Shown: positions 47,794-58,900 of the stretch, piece after piece | Layout of the letters: each line of letters opens with the position of its first letter | How positions within the stretch are numbered: position 1 is the first letter of the stretch | Origin: Candidatus Poriferihabitaceae bacterium | GTDB taxonomy: Bacteria; Pseudomonadota; Gammaproteobacteria; Arenicellales; Poriferihabitantaceae | NCBI GenBank assembly: GCA_965243285.1 | Contig: OZ251537.1 | Span: 1,161,019 to 1,225,018, forward strand | Reading direction: 5' to 3' | Length of the DNA: 64,000 nt | Position numbers and translations under genes: made by a program | The notes under the pieces: model-generated | Told to the model about the DNA's origin: nothing | Database searches by the model: none | Seen by the model: the letters and a program-made list of their open reading frames with translations, nothing else

Positions 47794-48209
47794 GGCATTT
47801 ATATACCTAAATGCACAGTTTGATTGTTGCTTTTTCGCTTTTTGCTTTTCGCTTTTCGCTGTTACGCTTTACTCCCCCCGCTTTATCTTGCGGGGGAGTC
47901 AAAACTGGCGGCTTCATCGCCAGTTTTGGTGGGGGGTACTTTTGATTTTGATTTTGACTTTGCTTTTCGCTTTTCGCTTTTGATTTTCGCTTTTGATTCC
48001 ACTTCCCTTCCGCCTTCCGCCTTCCGCCTTCTCCTTATAAATTTCCCCCATCAACCGCAAAGGTAAAAATCAACAGCCAACATCAACCGCCAAAGCCAAA
48101 ACAAAAATCAACACCAAAAACCAAAAATCAAAACCAAAATCAAAGACAAAATCAAAGACAAACAACACCCAAACCGCAGATTTAGATACACCAGCCGCAC
48201 ATAAATCCC
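47794..48209. repeat. Nested-palindromic intergenic element, copy C (single module)
   Basis: Left end GGCATTTATATACCTAAATGCACAG, right end CCGCAGATTTAGATAC...ATAAATCCC. T/G-rich then A/C-rich microsatellites, and (CCGCCTT)3. Confidence 0.75.
47871..47936 (+). repeat. Two-hairpin core module (class II)
   Basis: ACTCCCCCC-gctttatcttgc-GGGGGAGT CAAAACTGGCG GCTTCAT CGCCAGTTTTG GTGGGGGG. Confidence 0.8.
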
Positions 48210-48403
48210 ATAAAAACCACCGCAACATCCGCCGCTTAATACATCGCCAAATCTATCGCATGATGAGCGCTGAATTTGCCCGATGATGCATACTTTTAGA
48301 TCTAACCATGCGTAAACAAAGGCAACACCCCGGCGCGCAATCCGTCGCGTTTATGCACTAAACATCCATCACCCGCACCGCTTCCGCCCATCACCCCCAC
48401 ACT

Positions 48404-49288
48404 ATGCGCACGCAACGCTGGGCTAACCCGACCCTCCAAGGCATCATCATGTTGGTGGTGGCGACGTTGTTTTTCGCCTCCCAAGACGCCATCACCAAGC
48501 ACTTGGTGCAAACCCTGGCGGCCTCGCAGATCGTCGCGGTGCGGTTTTTCTTTTTCGCGTTGTTTGCGTTGTGGTATGTCGGGCGACGGGTCGGCGTGCG
48601 GACGGCGTTTCGCTCGCGGCGGACTGGCTTGCAAGTGTTGCGCGGGCTGTTGGTGTCCGGCGAAATCATCATTTTCGCTTATGCCATCCAATTTCTCGGG
48701 TTGGCGGAGATGCACGCCCTTTTTGCCTGCTTTCCCTTGCTGGTCACCGCGCTATCCATGCCAATTTTGGGGGAATCCGTGGGCTGGCGGCGCTGGCTGG
48801 CGGTGTTTTTCGGCTTTCTCGGCACGCTCATCATCCTGCGCCCGGGCGATGAAGTGTTTCAACCAGCGGCCGCCATCGCCCTGCTCGCGGCCGCCATGTT
48901 CGCCCTCTACAACCTGCTAACGCGCCAAGTTTCCCGCCACGATTCCTTCGAAACCTCGCTACTATATGTCGGCGTCATCGGCTTCCTCGGCGCCGTACTC
49001 ATCGCGCCGTTCTACTGGCGCCCGGTCGCCGCCGCCGACGCCATGTGGCTGCTGGTCATCAGCGTCACCTCCATCATCGGCCACTTGCTGCTCATCAAGG
49101 CGCTGCAATTAGTGCCGGCGGTTATCCTGCAACCGTTCAATTACTTCCTGCTGGTGTGGGCGATCATCCTCGCCTTTTTGCTATACGGCGAAGTGCTGTC
49201 GCCGGCCTCCCTGCTCGGCGCCGCGCTGGTGGTCGCCAGCGGCATTTTCATCGCCCGCCGCGAATATCAACTCACCCGCCGCCCATAA
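48404..49288 (+). CDS. DMT-superfamily (EamA-type) permease
   Basis: Ten predicted TM helices in two EamA-like halves. Confidence 0.75.
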   Translation: MRTQRWANPTLQGIIMLVVATLFFASQDAITKHLVQTLAASQIVAVRFFFFALFALWYVGRRVGVRTAFRSRRTGLQVLRGLLVSGEIIIFAYAIQFLGLAEMHALFACFPLLVTALSMPILGESVGWRRWLAVFFGFLGTLIILRPGDEVFQPAAAIALLAAAMFALYNLLTRQVSRHDSFETSLLYVGVIGFLGAVLIAPFYWRPVAAADAMWLLVISVTSIIGHLLLIKALQLVPAVILQPFNYFLLVWAIILAFLLYGEVLSPASLLGAALVVASGIFIARREYQLTRRP

Positions 49289-49558
49289 TGTAACCGCCTT
49301 ATGGTCGCCATCGCGCCGCCCCGCCAGCGGGGATAAGATTTAGGCATAACCCGGCCAGCATGGCCGTTTTGACGGCCATGGATTAAAGGCGAGGTCGCCG
49401 CCATTCGATTTATCGGGCGATTATCGAGTGATTATCAAATGGCTCGCCAGCGGTAATTTAATTCATACTATGTGAATTTAAATACAACGTGGCGATGTTT
49501 GGGTCGGCGCGCGCCATCGACATGCCATCCGGCGGGCTGATTTATTCGCCAGTCGCCC

Positions 49559-50545
49559 TCATAAAAACCCAGCACCCGCATGATCACTAAACGCATTGGC
49601 ATCGCGAATATATTTCATCAGCGTGGTGGTGCTGGTGTGGCGGGTGACGGCCATGATTTTATCCAGCCGGGCGTGGTGGGCGGCCGCGCTGGTGACGAAA
49701 CCGGCGCGCAAAGAATGCGCGGAAAACTCTTTAGGATTCAGCCCGATGGCGGCCGCATAGCGCTTGACCAAGCGCGGGATGTCGCTGTGGTGCAATGGAT
49801 TGCCGGTGAGTTTGCCATCACGCCGCAGTGATTGAAACAAGTGCCCGGCGTGGCGGCCGCGCGCCCCGAGCCAGCGCTCCAACCGCGCCACCGGTTGAAT
49901 GCCGGTGCCGAAAGGCACGGCGACGCGTTGCCCGGCGCCGGCTTGGTCGGTCTTGGAGCGCCGCACATGCACGATGATGCCGAGTGCCTCGCCGCCGCCG
50001 CGCGTCCATTCGATATCGCCCATCTGCAAGCCGCACAGCTCCGAGCGCCGCAGTGCCGCCGCAAACCCCAACGCCAACATCGCCGCATCGCGCATGCCAA
50101 TGGGCGTGTTCGGACACAACGCCAAAATCGCCGCCAACTGATCTTCGCGCAACGCATGCACCTGCCGCTGCCGCGTGCCGCGCAAACGCGCCAAGCCCTT
50201 GAACACTGCAGTCACCTCCGGGTGATGGGTGGGCGAGGCGCGATTCGCATCCGCAAACGCGCGCCGAATCGCGCAGCGCCACAACATCAGCGTGCCAAAC
50301 GCCAACGGTTTATTGGTGGCCACCCGCCGCCGACCAGCCACCGACACAAAAAAATCCCGCACTTCGGTAGGCGTCGCCCGCATGGCCACAATGCCATGCC
50401 GCCCACACCACCCCTCGAACTCGGCCCAACCTTCAGCATAAGCCCGCCGCGTGTTATCGGCCATAGCCGCGGCGTACAAACGCTCAGTAAAATTATCTTC
50501 GATGGATGGGGAGGGTGTGTGAGCAGCTGGAGTATAAGTGGTCAT
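49559..50545 (-). CDS. Tyrosine recombinase / phage-type integrase
   Basis: N-terminal SAM-like core-binding region (NTRRAYAEGWAEFEGWC). Catalytic R (ALRRSEL), HSLRAG, and Y in TLMKYIRD. Confidence 0.85.
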   Translation of the reverse strand: MTTYTPAAHTPSPSIEDNFTERLYAAAMADNTRRAYAEGWAEFEGWCGRHGIVAMRATPTEVRDFFVSVAGRRRVATNKPLAFGTLMLWRCAIRRAFADANRASPTHHPEVTAVFKGLARLRGTRQRQVHALREDQLAAILALCPNTPIGMRDAAMLALGFAAALRRSELCGLQMGDIEWTRGGGEALGIIVHVRRSKTDQAGAGQRVAVPFGTGIQPVARLERWLGARGRHAGHLFQSLRRDGKLTGNPLHHSDIPRLVKRYAAAIGLNPKEFSAHSLRAGFVTSAAAHHARLDKIMAVTRHTSTTTLMKYIRDANAFSDHAGAGFL

Positions 50546-50603
50546 GTAGACTCTCCTAAATGGATTGATTTAAGGGAGAACAATGTAACCGCTGTTGGTT
50601 TGA

Positions 50604-50972
50604 CTGATTGGTATCGGTAAATCCATTTATCGAGGAATAATCACAGGTTTCAACGAGGCATTTATCATCGATAATGAAACCAAAAATGCACTAATTGCCG
50701 AAGACTCGCGCTCCGGCGACATCTTAAAGCCGATTTTGCGCGGCAAAGACATCAAACGTTATCGAGTGCAATGGGCGGAGTTGTGGGTGATTGATTCACA
50801 CAACGGGTACAGCGTTGTTCCGCCCATCAATATTGATGACTATCCAGCCATCAAAAAGCATTTAGATAAATTTTATCCAGCCATAGAAAAACGATTGGAT
50901 AAAGGCATAACGCCGTACAATTTACGCTCGTGTGCTTACCAAGCAGAGTTTATGCGCGATAAGATCGTATAA
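50604..50972 (+). pseudogene. Fragment of an Eco57I/PglX-type Type IIG methylase C-terminal (TaqI_C-like) specificity domain
   Basis: ...GKSIYRGIITGFNEAFIIDNETKNALIAED...ILKPILRGKDIKRY...TPYNLRSCAYQAEF..DKIV. There is no upstream catalytic part, and the frame is closed at 50601 and 50970. Confidence 0.6.
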
Positions 50973-51958
50973 GCGAAGCGGTCGTCGATAAAAGGGTTGT
51001 GGCGGCTGGCGGCGTGAGCGGCGTAGCGCTGCCAGTTTTGCTTCAAGCGCTTCGGGCATAACACCAATACGCGTTCGTTGCGGTCTTCGAAATATTTTAT
51101 CGCCGCTAATGCAGTCCATGTTTTTCCTAAGCCGACGCTGTCGGCGAGGATGCAGCCGCGATGTTTTAGCAGGCGGTTGATGATGTTGACCGCGCCTTGT
51201 TTTTGGAATGCGTACAGCGCCTTCCAGATAGCGGTTTGGTGCAGGTCTTTGCTGAACTGGTCGACGCCATCGTCGTACTCGATGCGTTGTCGTTCGAAAA
51301 TATGAAACAGCGTTTTGTAGTAAATGAATTGCGGCGAGCAGGGTGCGCCGAGGCGTTCGAGGGCGGCTAACACTGCCGGCTTGGCATCTTCTGTGAGCGT
51401 TTGGTCATTCCATAAATCATCGAACCACTGACGTAATTCGGCGCGCTCGGCGGGGTTGCGCACCTCAATATTCAATTCGATGTTGGGTGCCGCGCCCCAC
51501 CCCAAGCCGCGTTTGGTGAAATTGGAACTGCCGATGATGGCGCTGTCGGCGGCGCTGGCGCTATCAGCCGGTTGCACGCAATATAATTTTCCGTGTAGGA
51601 ATCCGGCTTGGGTGATGGCGCGGATTTCTACTTTTTGTTTTATCCATTGTGCGCAGGCTTCGGCTAAGGGTTTTTGGGTTAGCGTTTGGGCGAGTTCGAT
51701 GCCGTTGTCGTCGGTTAGGCGAAAAAATTTGAACGCGCTAGTGGTCGGGTCAACCTCGCCGATGGCCAGTGGGTCGCCGTATAAAAAACGCACGGCGCTT
51801 ATCGATTCTAACGCGGCGCGCAATTCGCCGAAGGCATAAATGGTAAACCACGCCGACACTATGGAGAGCGTCGCATTCGGCGTGATGTGTTCGCGCAGCG
51901 CTTCGCCCACCTTGCGGCTTCGGTTGTCGATGACTACGGGGGTAGCGGATTCATGCAT
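50936..51958 (-). pseudogene. N-terminal fragment of a PLD-nuclease + SNF2-helicase fusion protein
   Basis: PLD HKD-like region (GKLYCV...IIGSSNFTKRGLG), then helicase motif I (ILADSVGLGKTWTA..VLVLCPKRL). It stops after ~340 aa, before motifs II-VI. Confidence 0.6.
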
Positions 51959-52329
51959 GGGGGGGCTTGGGGGGGTTTGGGGATGGGGAGTCGGTTGGGG
52001 CTTGGGCTACTGGTCGCTGACATTCAGCGCCGGCGATTGTAACTTGCCCCTCATGGCGACTGCTTATCCGCTTGCATGATTTCCATCGCCGCCGCCGACT
52101 CGACCTAGCCCAGTCGCCAAACCATCGCCACCCCGCCGCCAGGCAACATTAGGAAATTATCGACCTAAATCCGCAGGTTGGATTGGCGTTTTCCTGATGC
52201 GGATGGGGGGTTATTTGGCGGCCGCCATCGCCCCGGCCAAATCATCCCCAGCCCGACAATTCTTATGGGATTTATATATCTAAATCTGCACGATGGGTTT
52301 GGCTTTTGGCTTTTGGCTTTTAACGTTTT

Positions 52330-52395
52330 ACTCCACCTTAGCTTTTTCAGGGGGGAGTCAAATCAGGCGGTTTTATCGTCTGATTTGGTGGGGGG
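52330..52395 (+). repeat. Two-hairpin core module (class I)
   Basis: ACTCCACC..GGGGGGAGT CAAATCAGGCG GTTTTAT CGTCTGATTTG (one G:T pair) GTGGGGGG. Confidence 0.8.
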
Positions 52396-52570
52396 CTGTT
52401 GATGTTGGTCTTTTTGCTTTTGCCTTTAAATCTTCAACTCATTAGACCAAATGAGGGGCAAGTAAAAATCAAAAGCGAAGTCAAAAGCCAAGTCAAAAGC
52501 CAAGTCAAAAGCCAAGTCAAAAGCGAAAAGCCAAGTCAAAAGCTAACATCAAAAGCTAACATCAAAAGCA

Positions 52571-52635
52571 CCCCCCACCAAAACTGGCGATGTAGCCGCC
52601 AGTTTTGGTTCCCCCCTAAAAAGATAGGGTGGAGC
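52571..52635 (-). repeat. Two-hairpin core module (class II)
   Basis: Reverse complement reads GCTCCACC..GGGGGGAAC CAAAACTGGCG GCTACAT CGCCAGTTTTG GTGGGGGG. Confidence 0.8.
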
Positions 52636-52643
52636 GAAGCCTT

Positions 52644-52675
<32 letters not shown>

Positions 52676-52965
52676 AAGCAACAGCAAAAGCAAAAATCAA
52701 ACGCAGCCGCCCTAAATCAATCGCTGACCTCAAAATCGCCAATCGAACTGCAGATTTAGGACTATAAATTCCATTCTCATCCATAACTCCCCTTTGGGGA
52801 ATAAGCCAAATCTGACCGAGATGGCTTGCGAGGGCTGATTTGGCCGGGCGGTTGATGTGGATGAACCAAACTAGCTGGCCGGTTTAGGTATAAATCCCCA
52901 CAATTAGCTAATCCACCCTAATCCAGGCGGATTTAGGCGGGTAATTGCCCGGCATTAAACCCCCC

Positions 52966-55900
52966 TCAAAACCGCGCTTCGCCCTTGAACACTATGGCAG
53001 AGGCGGCGCCGGTGGTGTGGTCGCGGTGTTCGCCCAATAGGTTGAAGGTAAGAAGGGAGTCATCCGGCCGCCATTGGATGCCGATGCGGTGGCTGGGGGT
53101 TTCGCCGATGGTGAATTCGCTATACGGGGTGAGCAGGCCGGGGTGGCGGCGTAGGGATAAGCCGTAGCCGAAGCGGGCCTCGAGGCGGGCGCGATAATCG
53201 GCGCTGGCTGGCTCAGCGGCGGCATTGCCGGCGGCGCTGTCGGCGGCGCTACTGACGCTGGCGGCTGGCAGGGCGCGCCATAGTTGTTGCACGCTGCTGC
53301 CTGAGTCGCCGTAGCCGGAGGTCAGTCTCATGGATAAACCTTGCCCGTCGGCGCCGGGTTGCAGCCCCAAACTGCCTTGGATGCCCCATTCGCGGTAGTT
53401 GCCGTCGGTGCCGAGTAGGGCGCGCACGCGACCGTGGGCCGCGAGGTGGGCGGCGCGATTGTGGTAGCGCAGGCCGGCGCCGAATTCGGTGAGGGTGCCG
53501 CGACCGCCGGCGCCGCCGCTGTGGTGGAGGCCGATTTCCAGCGCTGGGGCGATACTGCCGCTGGCGACGGCGATGGTTTGGCTTGCCTCCACCGCCAGGC
53601 GTACGCGCGAGGTCTGCACTACTTGCGCGGCGATGGCGTCATCGGCGGCGACTTCAAGCCGGCTGCTGCTGGCTTCGCCCTTGAGGCGCAAATTCAGCGC
53701 CCGCTCGGGCCACAAATCGCCGCCGAGGCCGAGGCTGATACTGCGCATGTCGAGGCGGTTGGACACTCGCGCTTGGCCGGCTGGCGTGGTCTCCACCTCG
53801 CCCTCGCCTAACCCCACCAACGCCCATAAATCCACCGCCGCGACGCGCCAGCCGAGATAGGGGTGCACGCTGGTCATGTCGATGGTCTGCGCGCCATCGC
53901 CTAAGCCGGCGCCGCCGTCGGTGTAATCCACGGCGCTGCGCAATTGCGATACCGAGGCCCCGGCCCGCACGCCATCACGCACCCTGGCATCGGCGCCCAA
54001 GTGGAAGCCGCGCAAGGTGCCGCGATAGTTCACGGCGGCGCTTTGGCCGGACATTTCGCGATATTCGCCGCGCCCCCACAGCGCGATGGCTGACGCGCCG
54101 CCGTCGGCGTCGTTTTTCCCCGACCATGAAAAGGCCGACCCGGCCAACATTTTGCGGGAGTCGAAATCCTCCGCCGTGGCGCTGGCGCCGTGCCTCGCCA
54201 GCAACCCGGCCATGCTGCTTTGCCCGCCGATGGCGAATTGCGCGCCGCCGCCGGCCTCGGCCAGACGCGTGGTGACGGCGGTGATGGCGCTATCGGCGAT
54301 GACGCGCGCCGCCTCCGGCAGGAGGATTTTATTGATGGCGGCGGCGGTGGCGGTGGCGGCTTCGGCGGTGGTGGTCACCTCAAAATTCGCGCTCGCCATA
54401 TTGCCGTATTGGTCGGCGGCTGCGTAGGTCAGCATCGCCTGCACATTGCGCGCGCTCGGCGTGCCGCTCAATATTCGGTTGCTGGCATCGAAAGACAGCC
54501 CCGGCACGGCGCCGCCCACCGCCGCATTCCCCGGCCCGGTTAATGTGTAGAGGTAGGCAAGCCCGTCGACAGCGCTGGCGGTCGGCAGCGTCAGCGGGTC
54601 GATGGCCACATCCACCGGGTAGTAGGTGCTCGCCGGCAATTGCGCCAGTTGCTCGGTGGTGAACGCCGGTCCGTTTACGGTGATGTCGATAGTGCCGATG
54701 ATGGTCAAGCCGCCGTTTGCGGCGGCCGCGAATCCGGCGCCAGCGGCGGCGAACCCAGCGGTAGATGCGCCAGCGCCACCAGCGGCGGGGCCGGCGCGAT
54801 AGGTCAACCTGATGCTGCCGGCCTTATCCAACATGCCGGACAAACGGCGATCGGCGGCATCGAAAACCAATCGGTTGTCGTCGCTGGGCTCGAAAATCAG
54901 CGCCGCATCGGCCTCGCTCAAATCGGTGCCGTTCGGCCCGGTCAAGGAGTATTCGATGTCACCGCCGCCGGTGGCTAGCGGCAGCGTCAGCGCGACCATC
55001 TGGCCGGGGGTGTATGCGGTCGCCTCGGCGGACGGCAAGTCCTCCGAAAACCCGCGCCTGATAAGCACCGAGAACATGGCGGTGGCGGTGGCGCCGTGGG
55101 CGTCGGTGGCAACATAGGTCAGCGTCACAGCGGCCTCCATGGCGGCGGCGGGCGTGCCGCTCAATACTCGATTGGCGGCATCGAACATCAGCCCGGCCAA
55201 CACGCTGTCCACTTCCGCCCCCTCGGCCGTTAATGTGTAATCCGGCGCGCCGCTGGCGATGGGCAAGGTCAGCGGCGGGTCGATTGATCCGCCGGCGACA
55301 TAGGTTTGGTTGGCCAATGGCAAATCGGCGGCGAACACCGGCGCCGCGACGATGGTTAGGGTGAATATCGCCGAGATGCTGCTCATGGAATCGGCGGCGG
55401 TGTAGGTGAGGCGGGCGACGGCGCTTTGCGGGGTGCCGGAAAGCACGCGGCTGCGGGCCTCGAAGGCCAAGCCGGGCGGCAAATTGGGCGCCGCGACGGT
55501 GCCGCCGGGGCCGAACAAGGTATAACTCAAAATGCCGACATTGCCGCTGGCGGCCGGCAAGGTGAGGTCGATGATGGCCACCCCGGCCGGGTAATTTTTA
55601 TCCTCGAGCGGGGCGCCGGCGAACACCAACTCGGTGACATCAATATCGAACTGCGCCTCGAAAACATTGCCGTAGCGGTCGGTGATGGTGTAAAGCACGG
55701 CGGTGACGCCTTCCGCCTGCGGGCGGCCGGACAGCACGCGCTCGGCGGCATCGAATGCCAGCCCGGCCGGCAGTTTGAGGTCGTCCGGGGCGGCGGCGGC
55801 GTAACCCGGCCCGGTCAGGGCGTAGGTCAGCGGCAATGCTGCGGATGCCGCCGGCGGCAAGGTTTGCGGCGCCGACTGCCCCACCGACAGGCGCAAATCC

Positions 55901-58900
55901 GGCAGCGCCGCCAGTTGCGGGCCGGTGATGAGGATGGAGAAATTAAGCGTCACTTCGCCCTCGGGGTTGCCGGCGTCGGTGGCCACTTCGGCCACGCTGT
56001 AGACCACATTGACGCCCTCGGCGGTTCGCGGCGTGCCGGATAAAATCAGAGTGTCATCATCGAAGGTAAGCCCCGGGACGGCGTCGCCGATGGCCTCCAG
56101 ATTCGCCCCGAGCAACCGGTAATACGGGCTGCCGCCGCCGCTGGCGGTGGGCAAGGTGTGGGTGATGGTATCCCCAGCGGCAAAAGTCAACTCGAAACCG
56201 GCGCTCACCGGCTGCCCGTCGGCATCCACGAACACCCGCCCCACCGAGACGCGAAAAGTCAAATCGGCGGCGTTGCCACCGTCGTCGGTGGCGGTGTAGA
56301 CCAGCGCTGCGGCTTGCACCGCCCGCGTCGGCGTGCCACGCAGAATGCGTTGCCCATCGGCGTTGAATGCCAGCCCCGGCAACACCGCCGCTAATGCCTC
56401 GCCGCTCTCGCCGAGCAGCGTGTAATCCAGCGTGGCGTAGCCGGATTCCGCCATCGGCAGCGTCAGCGGGGCGATTTGGCCGCCCACTGGGTAATTTTGA
56501 GGCATTTCCGCCAGCGTTCGGTCGGCGGTGGTGAATGCCGGGCCGGTGATGGTGACGGTGAACATGGCGGTGGCATTAGCGGCGGCGCCGGGCTCGGTCA
56601 CCGAGTAAGTCAGGGTGATTGCCGCCGCCGAGGTGGTGGGGGTGCCGCTTAATACTCGGTTCGATGGGTCGAAATTCAGGCCGGCGGGCAGTTTTAGGTC
56701 GGCCGGGGCGTCGGTGGCATCGTAGCCGGGGCCGGTCAGGGTATAAATCAGCCCGGTGTAATCGAATTCCGCCGTCGGCAAGGTCAGCGGCGGGTCGATT
56801 AATCCGCCGGCCGGGTAGATTTGAGCGGTCTCGGCCAGCGTTTGGTCGGCGGTGGTGAATCTCGGGCCGGTGATGGTGACGGTGAACATGGCGGTGGCAT
56901 TAGCGGCGGCGCCGGGCTCGGTCACCGAGTAAGTCAGGGTGACTGCCGCCGCCGAGGTGGTGGGGGTGCCGCTCAAAACGCGGTTCGATGGGTCGAAATT
57001 CAGGCCGGCGGGCAGTTTTAGGTCGGCCGGGGTGGCGGTGGCATCGTAGCCGGGGCCGGTCAGGGTATAAATCAGCCCGGTGTAATCGAATTCCGCCGTC
57101 GGCAAGGTCAGCGGCGGGTCGATTAATCCGCCGGCCGGGTAGATTTGGGCGGTCTCGGCCAGCGTTCGGTCGGCGGTGGTGAACCTCGGGCCGGTGATGG
57201 TGACGGCGAACATGGCGGTGGCGTTAGCGGCGGCGCCGGGCTCGGTCACCGAGTAAGTCAGGGTGACTGCCGCCGCCGAGGTGGTGGGGGTGCCGCTTAA
57301 TACTCGGTTCGATGGGTCGAAATTCAGGCCGGCGGGGAGTTTTAGGTCGGCCGGGGTGGCGGTGGCATCGTAGCCCGGGCCAGTCAAGGCATAAATCAGC
57401 CCGGTGTAATCGAATTCCGCCGCCGGCAAGGTTAGCGGCGGGTCGATTAATCCGCCGGCCGGATAGATTTGAGCGGTTTCCGCCAGCGTTTGGTCGGCGG
57501 CGGTGAATGCCGGGCCGGTGATGGTGACGGCGAACATGGCGGTGGCGTTAGCGGCGGCGCCGGGCTCGGTCACCGAGTAAGTCAGGGTGATTGCCGCCGC
57601 CGAGGTGGTGGGGGTGCCGCTCAAAACGCGGTTCGATGGGTCGAATGCCAGGCCGGCGGGCAGTTTTAGGTCGGCCGGGGTGGCGGTGGCATCGTAGCCC
57701 GGGCCAGTCAAGGCATAAATCAGCCCGACATAATCGAATTCCGCCGCCGGCAAGGTCAGCGGCGGGTCGATTAATCCGCCGGCCGGGTAGATTTGGGCGG
57801 TCTCCGCCAGCGTTCGGTCGGCGGTGGTGAATCTCGGTCCGGTGATGGTGACGGCGAACATGGCGGTGGCATTAGCGGCGGCGCTGGGCTCGGTCACCGA
57901 GTAAGTCAGGGTGACTGCCGCCGCCGAGGTGGTGGGGGTGCCGCTTAATACTCGGTTCGATGGGTCGAAATTCAGGCCGGCGGGGAGTTTTAGGTCGGCC
58001 GGGGTGGCGGTGGCATCGTAGCCCGGGCCAGTCAGGGTATAAATCAGCCCGGTGTAATCGAATTCCGCCGTCGGCAAGGTCAGCGGCGGGTCGATTAATC
58101 CGCCGGCGGGATAGATTTGGGCGGTCTCGGCCAGCGTTTGGTCGGCGGTGGTGAATCTCGGTCCGGTGATGGTTACATCGAACATGGCCACGGTCGCATT
58201 GCCGCCGGCGTCGGTGGCGGTGTAGGTGAGCATCATTTCCGCCGCCGAGGTGGTGGGCGAGCCGCTCAACACGCGGTTGTCGACATCGAAAACCAGTCCG
58301 ATGGGGAGTTTTAGGTCGGGCTGGTCGGCGGGGGCGGTGTAGCCCGGCCCGGTCAGGGTGTAATCCAGCGTGGCATAGCCAGATTCCGCCTCCGGCAAGG
58401 TCAGCGGCGGGTCGATGGCACCGCCGGCGGCATAGGTTTGGTCGGTCTCCGCTAACGCCAAATTCTCGGCGGTAAACATGGGGCCGGTTACGGTGAGGGT
58501 GAACATCGTCATCGCCGTGTTGCCGCCGGCGGTGGCGGTGTAGGTGAGCAAGGTCGCCGCCGCCGCCGTCGGCGTGCCGCTTAACTGCCGATTCGAGGGG
58601 GTGAAAACCAGCCCGGCGGGTAGTTTCAGGTCGGTCGGGTCGGATTCATCGAAATTCGGGCCGGTCAGTCGGTAGACGGCGGCGCCGCTACCGCCGCCGG
58701 TGGCGGGCGGCAGGTCGATGGCGGCGAGCGCCATGCCGGCCGGGTGAGCCGGCGGAGTGGGGATGACGGCCAGGGCTAAGGTGGGGTTGACGCGCACGCT
58801 AAAAGTCGCCGACGAGGTGGCGTTGGCGTCTTGGATGGAGTAGGTGAGTTCGGTGGTGGCCACAGTGGTCGGCACGCCGCTCAATTCTCGGTCGGCTTCG

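Noticed and set aside
49359-49380. 9-bp perfect hairpin (CATGGCCGT-tttg-ACGGCCATG) as a terminator for the DMT permease or the integrase gene
   Set aside because: There is no U-tract on either strand. It may be an att or structural element, but its function cannot be assigned.
49559-50972. Recombinase-driven specificity shufflon (phase-variable R-M)
   Set aside because: Only one specificity-domain fragment is present. I found no inverted duplicate of it and no intact catalytic gene for it to plug into.
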